This document shows positions 1-9,616 of a stretch of 64,000 nucleotides of DNA, in pieces; the stretch's first letter is position 1, and each line of letters opens with the position of its first letter. The position numbers and the translations under genes were made by a program. The DNA comes from a virus. The notes beneath the pieces are model-generated. The model made no database searches and was not told the origin of the DNA. It worked only from the letters and a program-made list of their open reading frames with translations. The stretch spans positions 34,061 through 98,060 of IMG/VR virus record IMGVR_UViG_3300027754_000003; one strand, given 5' to 3'.

Positions 1-5
1 AGCCA

Positions 6-647
6 TTAGATACCGACAAACAAGAATGGGTGAAGTGGTTGTTCTCGTACGCCTTCGTATTTAGCAAGGTTTTGCCAACCAGTATCATCTGAGTAAACAT
101 ACAATGATGATTGTTCTACTGCTGGTGTACCAGTTTTAAAGTACAAGTCACCAGGTTCTGCCGCAGCACTAGGGGCTGAAGAACCAGAACGAATAATTGT
201 TTCAAGAAAAACTCGCTTATCTACACAACTCTTTGAGTCAAAAGTTTCACCAGACTTACGGTAAAGCGCATACATAACCGTTTGGTTCTCAGTGATTGAA
301 GGGAACACTGGGTTAGTGGCAGAAGGAGTACCAACAACAGTTGTGTAGAAGAAAGAAGTTCCAGACTTTTCTGCACAAATAAGATCAAACCTTGCTTCAA
401 CAGCAGGTGCAGTAAAAGTTAATGTTGCAGCCGATACATAACCATAATAACTGTTGACATAAACTTCAGCAGCAGTAAGTGCAGCACTACCGTTACCTGC
501 TGAGAAAATAGTAACGTCAGCACCACTAAGTACACCGTGGTTACTGTTTCCTAGGATGTAAAAATCAAGCGAATCTGGTTCCGCTTGGTCAAGGCTTTGG
601 ATTGTTGTTCCGTACTCGCTTGCATTAGGTACTGTAAATCCAGCCAT
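6..647 (-). CDS. Putative virion structural protein
   Basis: Downstream of the capsid gene; Ser/Thr/Ala-rich with an RxDLI motif and a GSSAPS..GDLYF segment as seen in phage fibre/baseplate proteins. Confidence 0.55.
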   Translation of the reverse strand: MAGFTVPNASEYGTTIQSLDQAEPDSLDFYILGNSNHGVLSGADVTIFSAGNGSAALTAAEVYVNSYYGYVSAATLTFTAPAVEARFDLICAEKSGTSFFYTTVVGTPSATNPVFPSITENQTVMYALYRKSGETFDSKSCVDKRVFLETIIRSGSSAPSAAAEPGDLYFKTGTPAVEQSSLYVYSDDTGWQNLAKYEGVREQPLHPFLFVGI

Positions 648-654
648 TTAAACC

Positions 655-912
655 TCAGAGAGTGTCGTAGATATTGCCATTCTTCTTTAAATACTCAAAC
701 AATCCACGTGGAAGTCTGTAACGCTTACCGTCATTAAACAACCATGTGTCTTGACCCCAGAACATTGTCCATGTACCTTTGACACGAGCGCTAACAGTGT
801 CGCTCTTTATCTCAGATTCAGTTTCTTCTGCTTGAGGAACTTCTGATACAAAAAGAATCTCTTCTTCTTGCTCTACAAATTCTTGAATGATTGATTTCTT
901 TTTTGCTGCCAT
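655..912 (-). CDS. Hypothetical protein (head-associated position)
   Basis: 85 aa ORF with GGAG SD, directly after the capsid gene. Confidence 0.6.
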   Translation of the reverse strand: MAAKKKSIIQEFVEQEEEILFVSEVPQAEETESEIKSDTVSARVKGTWTMFWGQDTWLFNDGKRYRLPRGLFEYLKKNGNIYDTL

Positions 913-929
913 TTTATTCTCCGATTGTG

Positions 930-968
930 AAAGGGTTGGGGGAATCGGGTTTTACCCCGACCCCCCAA
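930..968 (-). terminator. Stem-loop after the major capsid gene, likely intrinsic terminator
   Basis: Minus strand reads ttggggggtcggggtaaaacccgattcccccaa followed by ccctttc. Confidence 0.6.
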
Positions 969-983
969 TACTATTTGACTTAA

Positions 984-2063
984 TTACGAGGAAGCGATTG
1001 CTCCGCCCTTGGTGTTCAGCAACACACGTGATTCGTGTGTAATCATGCCGAAGCCCCAAATGGCGTACCAAGCAAGACCATGCTCACGACCAAAGTCAAT
1101 TACGCCACCGTCACGGAGTTCAACTGGCAATGCAATTGCATGTCCAAAAGCGTTGTCACCGATCATAATTGCGTTGTACGACTCTGCGTTCATTGCCTGC
1201 ACACCCGATGCTGAGTTGTTAATGTCTGCTGGGCCAGCAGCCTTCGTAACCTGTGTGGTTTCAATGAAGACTACGTCATACAGACGACCAATTTCACCAA
1301 GCATGAAGTTTCCTGGAGCAGCATACTTAGATACTTCAATGAATTCAGGCCAGTCACGAAGCGCACGGCTCTGTGAAGGGTGAACGAAGCACACGTACGT
1401 GTCGCCAAGGCGTGGGATGTTCTGACCAGCAAGGATTTCAACTGCATCCTTGATAGTTGCAGGTGAGAGGTAACCTGGGTTTGTTGCGTCACCCAAGGTG
1501 CCTGCATCGTAAGGAGCAATTGAACCACGAGTTGCACCGAGAGTTTTGCGACCAAACACGATGTTTGGAGGAACTGCGGAACCACCAGCAAATGGAATTG
1601 CGGTCTTGTACAGGGTGTTACGAGCCTGGATGTCCATAGACTGTGCCATGTGACGACCAAGCAAGCGGCTTGACGATGCCATAACGTCATCAAATGATGC
1701 GTTAAGGAGCAATTCAGTAACTGCAAGAGCCTGACCTTGTTCGCCAACCGTGATTTGAATCTGTGATGCAGACAGTGATACTGGCTCCATACGGACACCT
1801 TCATCAAGGGTTGCGCCTTCGTCTTGGTCTACTGCAAGGTTGCTGTAACGCATGAAGTTGATGGTCAAACCTGGTTGAACACCAAGTTCGGTCTTCTTCA
1901 CTGCGAACTGCTCAAAACGTAGAACAGGCATTGCTTGGAACAAAATCTCTTTGGACCAGATAGTTTGAATTGCTGGGGATAAAGCGGAATCGCTACTGTA
2001 GCCAGTTGAACTGATGTTCGCTGTTGCAGTAATCGCACCGCCTGTTGGTGCTGGAAATGCCAT
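984..2063 (-). CDS. Major capsid protein, N4-gp56 family
   Basis: Motifs PGLTINFMRY, YVCFVHPSQ..LR, GEIGRLYDVVFIET, DFGREHGLAWY; lies after scaffold and portal. Confidence 0.92.
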   Translation of the reverse strand: MAFPAPTGGAITATANISSTGYSSDSALSPAIQTIWSKEILFQAMPVLRFEQFAVKKTELGVQPGLTINFMRYSNLAVDQDEGATLDEGVRMEPVSLSASQIQITVGEQGQALAVTELLLNASFDDVMASSSRLLGRHMAQSMDIQARNTLYKTAIPFAGGSAVPPNIVFGRKTLGATRGSIAPYDAGTLGDATNPGYLSPATIKDAVEILAGQNIPRLGDTYVCFVHPSQSRALRDWPEFIEVSKYAAPGNFMLGEIGRLYDVVFIETTQVTKAAGPADINNSASGVQAMNAESYNAIMIGDNAFGHAIALPVELRDGGVIDFGREHGLAWYAIWGFGMITHESRVLLNTKGGAIASS

Positions 2064-2095
2064 GATGTCTCCTTAAGTGACTATGGATAGATTAT

Positions 2096-2875
2096 TTAAA
2101 ACCGACCTTTTGATCGGGAACTTAAAAGCCTGTCTCGCATTTTAACATACTGGTCCATTGTCATGTTTCGGATGTCCTCCGCATTCAATGTTTGGTATTC
2201 CGTTTGAGTTTCCATTGGCCCAACGGATGGTGACGTTACTGCCACACCCCTAACACGACTCGGTTGAGTCGCTTGTTGGATACTCTCAATAATAGCAGCA
2301 CTCCGTTGACGAAGGATTTCCACTGATGCTTCAATCTCTTCTGGGGTGTTGCCTGCGACCAAATCAATCAGTTCTGGAATGATTTCGTCTTGAGACTCGT
2401 GTACACGGCGCTGGCGGTAGGTTTCAACCTCACGCAACTGGCGCTCTTTATCTAGGAGTGCCGACTGTGCTGCACGTTCTGCTTCAATCTGAGCAAAACG
2501 ACTCTGCCATTCAGCATCCACATTCTTAATCTTGACATTGAAATCATCCTCGGTTCGCTTGAGAAGTTCTTTTGCACTCAACTCATCAAACTCACGCTGG
2601 CGGCGAATCTCTTCGTCTTTACGGGCAATTTCCTGTGCTTCACGGATTGCCTTTTCACGGTCTGAAGCAAGGGATGTAACTTGCTCTTCCATGCTCTTGT
2701 AGCGGCTTTCAGCCTCTTCAATGCGCTTGTAGAGTTTGTCCTTCTCTTGCTTGCGGATGTTTTCTACTTCATCTTCAGTGAAGATTTTGCCCTTTGGGGC
2801 TACTGTGTTTGCCTCCGCATGAAAGGCTTCTGTAGCCTCCACAGGGATGACAATTTCGTCATTACCTTTTGCCAT
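2096..2875 (-). CDS. Capsid scaffolding protein
   Basis: Coiled-coil, charged, FTEDEVENIRKQEKDKLY; lies between portal and capsid genes. Confidence 0.82.
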   Translation of the reverse strand: MAKGNDEIVIPVEATEAFHAEANTVAPKGKIFTEDEVENIRKQEKDKLYKRIEEAESRYKSMEEQVTSLASDREKAIREAQEIARKDEEIRRQREFDELSAKELLKRTEDDFNVKIKNVDAEWQSRFAQIEAERAAQSALLDKERQLREVETYRQRRVHESQDEIIPELIDLVAGNTPEEIEASVEILRQRSAAIIESIQQATQPSRVRGVAVTSPSVGPMETQTEYQTLNAEDIRNMTMDQYVKMRDRLLSSRSKGRF

Positions 2876-2928
2876 GATTTTCTCCTAAGTGTTGTTTAGC
2901 AAATATTGACTTGAATTATTTATACGTG

Positions 2929-4620
2929 TTATTTATCTTCGTCAGGTATACGGCGCTGGGCGAACCTTGCTCCGTATGCCTTACTAGTCATTTGATTCAT
3001 CAATTCCATTTCTACTGGCGGTACAGCAGTTCCTGGAAGCACTCCGCCCCCTTGAGGGCTTCCTGCACTAGTTACATTACCATCTCCTGAAGGAGCAGGT
3101 TCAAGACCCCCTCCATTAGGAAGTAGTCCTGTAGCCATCATTACCGCTTGACCAATTTGAGCACGAATCATATCCAGTGCTCCTTGGTCAACAGCGTCAT
3201 CTCGTAGTTCCTCAAAGACTTCAATCATCTTCTCATTCGGGAACTCTTCACCTAGGGCTCGTAGTGCGCCCTTCTTAGACTCAATACCTAAAGCCATCTT
3301 TGCCTGCACTTCATTGAGTTTGATGAGAGCATCAACAGGAAGGGGGTCGGGCCAATGGATTGTTGTCTTATATGTATTTGGGTCATTGGGGTCCAACTGC
3401 GTGAGCATGTCTGGCTCAGGCATTGCCGTTTGTGAAGGGTTGTAAATAAGCAACTCTGGAATAAACACAGCACAAGTTTTAATAATGATTTCGTTAAGTT
3501 TCTCAAGACCCTGTGTAAAGTGAATCTTCTTCATCTGGTAACGGTTCATCAAAGGCTGATACTGGATAGCCAAAGCAACACCTGAAGTGTTAGATACTGG
3601 TTGGAATTGACCAAGGGCAGTTTCAGGAACACCAGTGATTTCGTGCATTGCTCGTTTAATCATTTGCACGTATTCAATAGCACCAGACATTTCACCACGT
3701 GATTCAAGGTTAAATACTTGTGCTTCTTTTGGAAGTCCAGCCCAAACCTTTTTAGGACCACGCTCAAGTTGTGAAGCCTTAGCGCCTGTAATAATTGTTA
3801 CAGGAGCAGCATGGTAGTTAATGATGTCTGAAATTTCAGTCATCTTCTCGTTGAGTTCACGGTTCAACTGGATAATGTCCCAGATGTCTGACTGACCCCA
3901 AGGTGATGAAGTTATTGTAATGTTCGGAATGTGAACGATTGGAACAACACCAATTGGGTTTTCGTACTCGTCAATTAACTCATCATTGATAAATTGTTGC
4001 ACGGTGTTATCCGTGAGGATTTCAGTAAAGGTGTAAACCTGACGAGTACCTTCGGGTGATGTACCCCAAAAGCGGTACTTAAGTTTGAAACGAATCAAAC
4101 GCTCACGGTCATGGGGGTGATACTCAGGGAAACAATGCGCTGGGTTTAACGGGAGAATACGAACACGACCTGGATGTTGTAGACCAACACCGTCAGCGTA
4201 AGGCTCATCAAAAGCAACCTTTACAAAGCAGTCTCCAGTGATACTTGCAAGTTGTCCCATTTGCCACAACAAATAATGTTTGTTGTTGTGGTTATCCCAA
4301 ACCTCATGGAGGAGTTGGGGAATGATTGCTTCGTTTTGCTCAGGTACTTTAAATTGAATACCTTTACCAAAACAAAAGTTTGTAATGAAGTCCGACATGG
4401 TCTTCACATAGTTCATGGTGACATTGTTTTCACCTTGCTCACGGCGGTGTGACCAGTGGTGTCCTAGATACCAAGCCCAAGCAGCAGAATACCTGTTGAG
4501 TCTTGGTCCGTGAACTTCAAACTCTTCGTCAGCAAGTTCAACCAATCCAAGTGGACTAATCGCTACGGTTAAGTCGCTAGATGCCGCCCTATAAGACGGG
4601 GACCAAAAATCAACAGGCAT
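2929..4620 (-). CDS. Portal protein (SPP1 gp6-like)
   Basis: 563 aa; TGDCFVKV, NPIGVVPIVHIPN, GQSDI, SGVALAIQYQPL motifs; gene order. Confidence 0.9.
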   Translation of the reverse strand: MPVDFWSPSYRAASSDLTVAISPLGLVELADEEFEVHGPRLNRYSAAWAWYLGHHWSHRREQGENNVTMNYVKTMSDFITNFCFGKGIQFKVPEQNEAIIPQLLHEVWDNHNNKHYLLWQMGQLASITGDCFVKVAFDEPYADGVGLQHPGRVRILPLNPAHCFPEYHPHDRERLIRFKLKYRFWGTSPEGTRQVYTFTEILTDNTVQQFINDELIDEYENPIGVVPIVHIPNITITSSPWGQSDIWDIIQLNRELNEKMTEISDIINYHAAPVTIITGAKASQLERGPKKVWAGLPKEAQVFNLESRGEMSGAIEYVQMIKRAMHEITGVPETALGQFQPVSNTSGVALAIQYQPLMNRYQMKKIHFTQGLEKLNEIIIKTCAVFIPELLIYNPSQTAMPEPDMLTQLDPNDPNTYKTTIHWPDPLPVDALIKLNEVQAKMALGIESKKGALRALGEEFPNEKMIEVFEELRDDAVDQGALDMIRAQIGQAVMMATGLLPNGGGLEPAPSGDGNVTSAGSPQGGGVLPGTAVPPVEMELMNQMTSKAYGARFAQRRIPDEDK

Positions 4621-4657
4621 TTGTTACACCTTTTCTGAAAAGAAGAATACTAAGATA

Positions 4658-4927
4658 TTACTTCTTTTTTGCTGGTGAGGCTTTTTTGGCTGGGGACTTC
4701 TTAGCAACTGGTGCTGCTTCCAAAGCCTTAGTCGCCACGCTCAAGAGAAGAGCCGTGTTCTTAGGACCAATCTTGGTTGAAATAACCGAGACAATTGCTG
4801 CTGCTGCAGGTACTGCAATTGCAATCATTTCTGGGGTCAAGTCCAACTTGGCTCCTAGATAAGTAAGTGCGCCCAAAATTGCGCCCTTGATTGCTGCATC
4901 TGCTGTTTCTACTTTTGCTTGATTCAT
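4658..4927 (-). CDS. Small membrane protein with Lys/Ala/Pro-rich basic tail (holin-like)
   Basis: Two hydrophobic segments; C-terminal AKKSPAKKASPAKKK; TATAAT and AAGGAG upstream. Confidence 0.55.
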   Translation of the reverse strand: MNQAKVETADAAIKGAILGALTYLGAKLDLTPEMIAIAVPAAAAIVSVISTKIGPKNTALLLSVATKALEAAPVAKKSPAKKASPAKKK

Positions 4928-4954
4928 GTTAACTCCTTAATAGGGGATACCCGA

Positions 4955-5587
4955 TTATACAGGCTTACGGGTTTTACTTGTTTCGTACTCCTGAATGTAC
5001 GTGTGATACGGAGGACCCGTATGAGGGTCAAATCTAGCACTAACTGTCAGAGCCTTCAAAGCGTTAGTTTTAGCCTGTTGCACAGTTTGCTTCTTATTGT
5101 GCGTAAGTATTTGCATAGCCCCTAACGCATACTCACCACCAGAACCAATTACGTAAAGACCACTGGCTTCTGAAGCCCAAGCGTAATCACCATCAACGAT
5201 ATAAATAGTTCCATTAATGGCTACAAGGATTAACGACCCTTGCTCCGCAATATGTTCTTTATTCTCGTTGAGGTCGGGGATGGAGTATCCCTGAGCATCA
5301 AAGCATTCTCTGAGTGCTGGGATAAACTTCGCCGTAAAGAACTGGTCAAGTTTCTTCCCCTTAAGGTTTGGTGGTGGGGTCGGCGGTTGAAACACGTGAT
5401 GGAGAATGTTGATGGCTCGTACATCTCCAGCAGCACCAAGTAAATATTTTCCATTAGTTGATACCTTGCTGCTTCCTTCACGAAGCGTTCCTATTTGCGT
5501 GGCAATGCCCCCATCAATAGATGAGATACGAGAGTCCACACATACGACAGCGAAACCATCACCTTGGACAGCAACGATAGTAGTCAT
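4955..5587 (-). CDS. Proteasome beta-subunit/HslV-like N-terminal threonine protease
   Basis: Starts MTTIVAV..DSR; conserved Lys (SSKV), GAAGD, IGSGGEYALGA, D.HTG. Confidence 0.85.
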   Translation of the reverse strand: MTTIVAVQGDGFAVVCVDSRISSIDGGIATQIGTLREGSSKVSTNGKYLLGAAGDVRAINILHHVFQPPTPPPNLKGKKLDQFFTAKFIPALRECFDAQGYSIPDLNENKEHIAEQGSLILVAINGTIYIVDGDYAWASEASGLYVIGSGGEYALGAMQILTHNKKQTVQQAKTNALKALTVSARFDPHTGPPYHTYIQEYETSKTRKPV

Positions 5588-5590
5588 GGT

Positions 5591-6748
5591 CTACTCGGCA
5601 ATAAATTCTTTACCATGATACAACGCCCATCCGTTGTAAATAGGAATAACATCGTATGAGAACCTGTGATTTCCGTCATCTTCGTAAGTGACAACACCAA
5701 TACCTTGTTGCCAGTTCTCATACCGAGTTAGAGGTCGCCCGTCTAAATCCACCCCACCCCTAGTGCTAGGAATAGCCCCGTCAATCCTAGCCAAGCAGCC
5801 AGGAGAAGCAGCCATGATAGTTCTGGGACCATCAAAGTCTTCACGAGTTTTAAACGCTGTTTCAATGCGGTGAATGTGACCATAGATAACACTTGTCTTT
5901 TCTTGGTTGAGGTAAACATGTGCGGTTGACCCTGAAGATTTTACACGGTCACCGTGAATGATGCGAAGTTTTTCATTAACCCAATAATCTGATGCTGGGT
6001 AACCTGGTCGGTATTCAATACCAAACTCTTCCATGCGACAGAGATAAGGAACTGAAAGAACAGGCCATGACGCTGGTGTGTTTCCTTTGCGAAGACCATA
6101 AGCAGCACCTGCGTTTTGCACAAGGTACTTAGGCATACGCTCTTCGTGGTTTCCTGCAAGCCAGATAATCTTTGCATCTGGAGCAGCAGCACGAAGTTGA
6201 GCGCAGAACAAAGTTGCACGGTCAATTGATGCTTGCGTAGTTTGTGCGTACGCAGGATATGTCACATACTTACCCATCTCAGGTAAGTCAAGGTTGTCAC
6301 CAACAAGAGCAACAACTTCAGGCTGTAAATCTTCTACAAGTTTGATGCAGATTTCAAGAGCCTTTTCATCATGCGTTGCTTCTAGCAAACCCTCACGGTT
6401 ACGGAAATATCCAATTTGAATATCTGGTGGAACCACACAAGTTTTAAAACCTGTTAATTTTTTCTTAGTTGCTTTTGGCGTTGGCAATTTAATTGCAGGA
6501 CCTTGTTGTACAACAGGCCATTCAGGACCTGATTCCCACTTAGGTGAGAATTTAAATTGCACACCAGCAAGGTCATGGATTTCCGCTTCACCTTCTTCGT
6601 TCTTGGTAAGCGATTGATACAAAGATACCCTTTGAATTTGGCCTATTTCATCTACGTCAATTCCTTGACGAGCAAATAAATCAGCAAGTTTTCCGAGCAC
6701 TTCTTTAGGACTCTGTGGTCCAGCAGTTAGTTCTTCTTTAATGGACAT
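5591..6748 (-). CDS. Calcineurin-like metallophosphoesterase
   Basis: PDIQ, GDNLD, GNHE, HG, GHIH metal-binding motifs. Confidence 0.85.
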   Translation of the reverse strand: MSIKEELTAGPQSPKEVLGKLADLFARQGIDVDEIGQIQRVSLYQSLTKNEEGEAEIHDLAGVQFKFSPKWESGPEWPVVQQGPAIKLPTPKATKKKLTGFKTCVVPPDIQIGYFRNREGLLEATHDEKALEICIKLVEDLQPEVVALVGDNLDLPEMGKYVTYPAYAQTTQASIDRATLFCAQLRAAAPDAKIIWLAGNHEERMPKYLVQNAGAAYGLRKGNTPASWPVLSVPYLCRMEEFGIEYRPGYPASDYWVNEKLRIIHGDRVKSSGSTAHVYLNQEKTSVIYGHIHRIETAFKTREDFDGPRTIMAASPGCLARIDGAIPSTRGGVDLDGRPLTRYENWQQGIGVVTYEDDGNHRFSYDVIPIYNGWALYHGKEFIAE

Positions 6749-7019
6749 CGCAACTACACATCTTTCTACTATGTTTTTCTACCATTCGGATTGTTACATC
6801 ATGCTCATGTTTTTTAAGCAAATCAGAAAGCCACTTATACGTGTAGCCACTAGTTTGGATTGAGCGAGGTGAAGCGTTCTTTTCTCGTATCTTAACGAAC
6901 GCATCGTCTAATGCTGCTTGCTCTTCAACAGACATTTCATTACGGACTTTGCCAATACCGCAAAGTTTTAGAGGAGCAGAACCTGCTTTAAGTTCGTCTA
7001 ATAAACTATTTTTTGACAT
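6738..7019 (-). CDS. Hypothetical protein, possibly Zn-binding/HTH
   Basis: N-terminal Cys and C-terminal H....CSC; overlaps the phosphoesterase start. Confidence 0.6.
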   Translation of the reverse strand: MSKNSLLDELKAGSAPLKLCGIGKVRNEMSVEEQAALDDAFVKIREKNASPRSIQTSGYTYKWLSDLLKKHEHDVTIRMVEKHSRKMCSCDVH

Positions 7020-7149
7020 TTTTCTTCTCCAACTTGTGTCGTTCTTTTTGAAGCACCTCTATTACTCTGAACAATTCTTCAGTATCAGAAGGCCCAACAA
7101 AGACCTTACTGAGATAATAGAGGATACGGTCAATGTCATGTACCTTCAT
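7006..7149 (-). CDS. Small hypothetical protein, 47 aa (not in ORF track)
   Basis: Manual translation MKVHDIDRILYYLSKVFVGPSDTEELFRVIEVLQKERHKLEKKNVKK; fills the intergenic gap. Confidence 0.55.
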   Translation of the reverse strand: MKVHDIDRILYYLSKVFVGPSDTEELFRVIEVLQKERHKLEKKNVKK

Positions 7150-7206
7150 GCTACCACCCTTTTGGTTTAGGTTGTGTAGCGTATCCTACCTAAGTAGGTG
7201 TGTCAA

Positions 7207-7743
7207 CTACCCCTGAAAGGAAGCGACAGCCTCTGGCATATTGTCACCACATACGTAGCGCAAGTGCCAAGGCTCTTCGGGAACGACTTCCCATGAGAAA
7301 CCAAATTTCTTAACATTGGCAATAAGCCAATTAAGACGCTTTGCTTCACCTGCATTAGCCACATCAACGGCAATGCCGAGGTTGTGCTGGGACTTACCAG
7401 GTGTCGCCAGGGTCGCCATACCTTTCTTCAAATACCAAGTCTTTCCTTCAAAAGTCTTGGTTTTGCCAGTTCCCGTATCGGCTAGTTGATAGCGTGTGAG
7501 GAAACCTTTTTTCTGTGTTTCGTAATCACGATATGTGTCGCCTGCTGAAGTCGGCTTGAGTTCAATACCTTCAGCCTTTGCAGCAGCAACCATTGCAGCC
7601 CATGCTTTTGCTGCAATGTGGTGCATCTTTCCGCCACCTACTGCTGGAACAAGAAGGTTTGCTGGCAACTTTCCAGGCTCAATGCCCTTAAGGTCTTTTG
7701 GCAATACAACTGGAACAATGTAATCCCATGCAACTTTACTCAT
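7207..7743 (-). CDS. Endolysin, peptidase M15B (VanY-like D,D-carboxypeptidase fold)
   Basis: YR...Q, PGKSQHNLGIAVD (SxHxxxxxxD), EPWH. Confidence 0.88.
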   Translation of the reverse strand: MSKVAWDYIVPVVLPKDLKGIEPGKLPANLLVPAVGGGKMHHIAAKAWAAMVAAAKAEGIELKPTSAGDTYRDYETQKKGFLTRYQLADTGTGKTKTFEGKTWYLKKGMATLATPGKSQHNLGIAVDVANAGEAKRLNWLIANVKKFGFSWEVVPEEPWHLRYVCGDNMPEAVASFQG

Positions 7744-8024
7744 ACTTCTTCCTCCTCAGTAGGAATTTCTGTAATGTCATCTTTTTTCTTAATACCGTTA
7801 GACATTACTAAACCTCCAAGAGAGCCAGTAAGGAACACGGTAAGAGTTTTTAGCAAGTCAATAAAGGCAGCATCGTTAGGTGCTTGTGCTCCAATTGGTT
7901 GTGTAATAAACATAAGAGCGTAAACAAAACCAAACACACAGGCTGCAAATACAAGAGCAAGAACTATGCCAACAAAGAAAATAAGTCGGGCGTGAAGTTC
8001 TTCTGGGCTAAATCGTTTTTTCAT
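7740..8024 (-). CDS. Two-TM membrane protein (holin-like)
   Basis: Two hydrophobic helices; overlaps the endolysin start. Confidence 0.6.
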   Translation of the reverse strand: MKKRFSPEELHARLIFFVGIVLALVFAACVFGFVYALMFITQPIGAQAPNDAAFIDLLKTLTVFLTGSLGGLVMSNGIKKKDDITEIPTEEEEV

Positions 8025-8239
8025 GGGGCTACTGTCTCCTGTGGGGCTGTGGTATCTACAGTGGATTCATGTGGGTCAAAACCAATCACATCTACGGTGC
8101 AGGTTCCTGAAACTTTGCACTCTGGCGGTGTACATTCTTTAGCATCCCAGTTTGCTGGGTCTTGGCATGTATATCTGTACGCACCGTCATAGCCACAACT
8201 TGCCAAAAGCATTACTGAAACAAAGAATAACTTTTTCAT
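8021..8239 (-). CDS. Cys-rich lipoprotein in the lysis cassette
   Basis: Signal peptide with LASC lipobox and four further Cys. Confidence 0.65.
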   Translation of the reverse strand: MKKLFFVSVMLLASCGYDGAYRYTCQDPANWDAKECTPPECKVSGTCTVDVIGFDPHESTVDTTAPQETVAP

Positions 8240-8454
8240 TTCTTTTCTTTATCCATATGCCAGTCAATGTGGGTACTTAAACGATTAGCCACGTTTTCAA
8301 CACCAGTACGAACTTTACGAAGTTCAACCATTACGTTTGCGTGGTCTTGGCGATTTTCTTTTCTAAAGTTTTTGAATTCCCTTAACAGAAAACCTAATCC
8401 TGCCCCTACTACAGGTATAGCAGCAGCGATGATGATTGCCCACGAGTCCGTCAT
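8236..8454 (-). CDS. Single-TM plus coiled-coil protein (holin/lysis accessory)
   Basis: N-terminal TM followed by an amphipathic helix ending HIDWH. Confidence 0.6.
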   Translation of the reverse strand: MTDSWAIIIAAAIPVVGAGLGFLLREFKNFRKENRQDHANVMVELRKVRTGVENVANRLSTHIDWHMDKEKK

Positions 8455-8457
8455 AGA

Positions 8458-9612
8458 TCACTCAGCATTCCAAAATTGAGGACCATTCATTTTCCTACGA
8501 ACAACATCGTGCATTGGAATATTGAATGTTTGTACTGGAGAAACTGGTGATTCGTCACCTTCAAAAGTTGCACCTGGTGTGTACGGTGTGTGTTTGTCAG
8601 TTAAAAACTGTTCTGCTTTTGCTTGACGTTCAGGAGCACGTTTTGAAAATCCAGGGCTTTTAGCACGAAGCATTCCAGCACTACCAGTAAATGGGCGTAA
8701 TGGGATAACGTCATGTTCGTCATAATCAACAGCAGACATTACCAATGGTCCACCTTTAAACTGAACGCTTACATGAGATGGGATTTCTTTAGGGTGCGTG
8801 GATGTTCCATAGTTTGTTGCAGGAACGGCAATGTCAATACCACGACTTTGTAATTGTTTGCCACGAGCAAGAGTTGTTTGCCCACTCCAACTAGGTACTC
8901 GCACTACGTTAGGTTGTCTCCAAGTAGGCTCTGGTCCTGGAAGCACATCTTTTGCTAACCCTTTTCCATACTCTGAGACAAGTAAACTTGGATAACCTTT
9001 GAATGGACCATCTTCTTGAGGTTTTGAGTGTCTACCTATTACGTAGTCACCAATGTCCATTTCGTCTATTAGCAATTCACTTGTTGCGTCAAACCTACCC
9101 ACAGCAAGTTTTGGTCCATGACCTTTTGCTCTGTTATAGGTTGCCGCATCTCTCACGTGGTTATCAACCTCATTAGCAAGAAGAGCAACAGCATCTGGAC
9201 CCATTTGCTCAAGAGCATTAGTTCTTGCTATTTGATTAGCAAGGTCTTGAAAACCACTGTCATGCAGACAAGCCGCAGTACATGGGCCAGTCTTATGTCG
9301 GCAAGTATCCGCAGTAGCAAATTTACCTGCTGGTGTCAGGTACATTCCTCTCATAAGTGCATGTTGCACCGTTGGGTCCGATGCGCTTCCTGTTTTATCA
9401 AATTTTATACTGCCACTTAAAAACTTAATGTCCTTACTGGCTCTTAATGGTTCTCCAGTTTTCTTGTCATTACGCATAGGATTCTCAGTTGCGTCTGCAA
9501 TACTTTGAAATTTCTTTTGAGCCATTTGTAGTTTTCGGTCATCTTTGTGGACCTTTTCTACATCTGCATATGAAATTTTGGCTAATTGTTCGTCAAGCCA
9601 TCGCCGTGCCAT
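8458..9612 (-). CDS. Phage gp88-like Cys-cluster protein
   Basis: TCRHKTGPCTAACL..SG (Cx6Cx3C), downstream RFDATSE and DYDEHD segments. Confidence 0.55.
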   Translation of the reverse strand: MARRWLDEQLAKISYADVEKVHKDDRKLQMAQKKFQSIADATENPMRNDKKTGEPLRASKDIKFLSGSIKFDKTGSASDPTVQHALMRGMYLTPAGKFATADTCRHKTGPCTAACLHDSGFQDLANQIARTNALEQMGPDAVALLANEVDNHVRDAATYNRAKGHGPKLAVGRFDATSELLIDEMDIGDYVIGRHSKPQEDGPFKGYPSLLVSEYGKGLAKDVLPGPEPTWRQPNVVRVPSWSGQTTLARGKQLQSRGIDIAVPATNYGTSTHPKEIPSHVSVQFKGGPLVMSAVDYDEHDVIPLRPFTGSAGMLRAKSPGFSKRAPERQAKAEQFLTDKHTPYTPGATFEGDESPVSPVQTFNIPMHDVVRRKMNGPQFWNAE

Positions 9613-9616
9613 GTTG

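Noticed and set aside
5591-5615. C-terminal KEFIAE of the phosphoesterase resembling the T4 capsid-targeting sequence
   Set aside because: Wrong end of the protein and a single short match; likely coincidence
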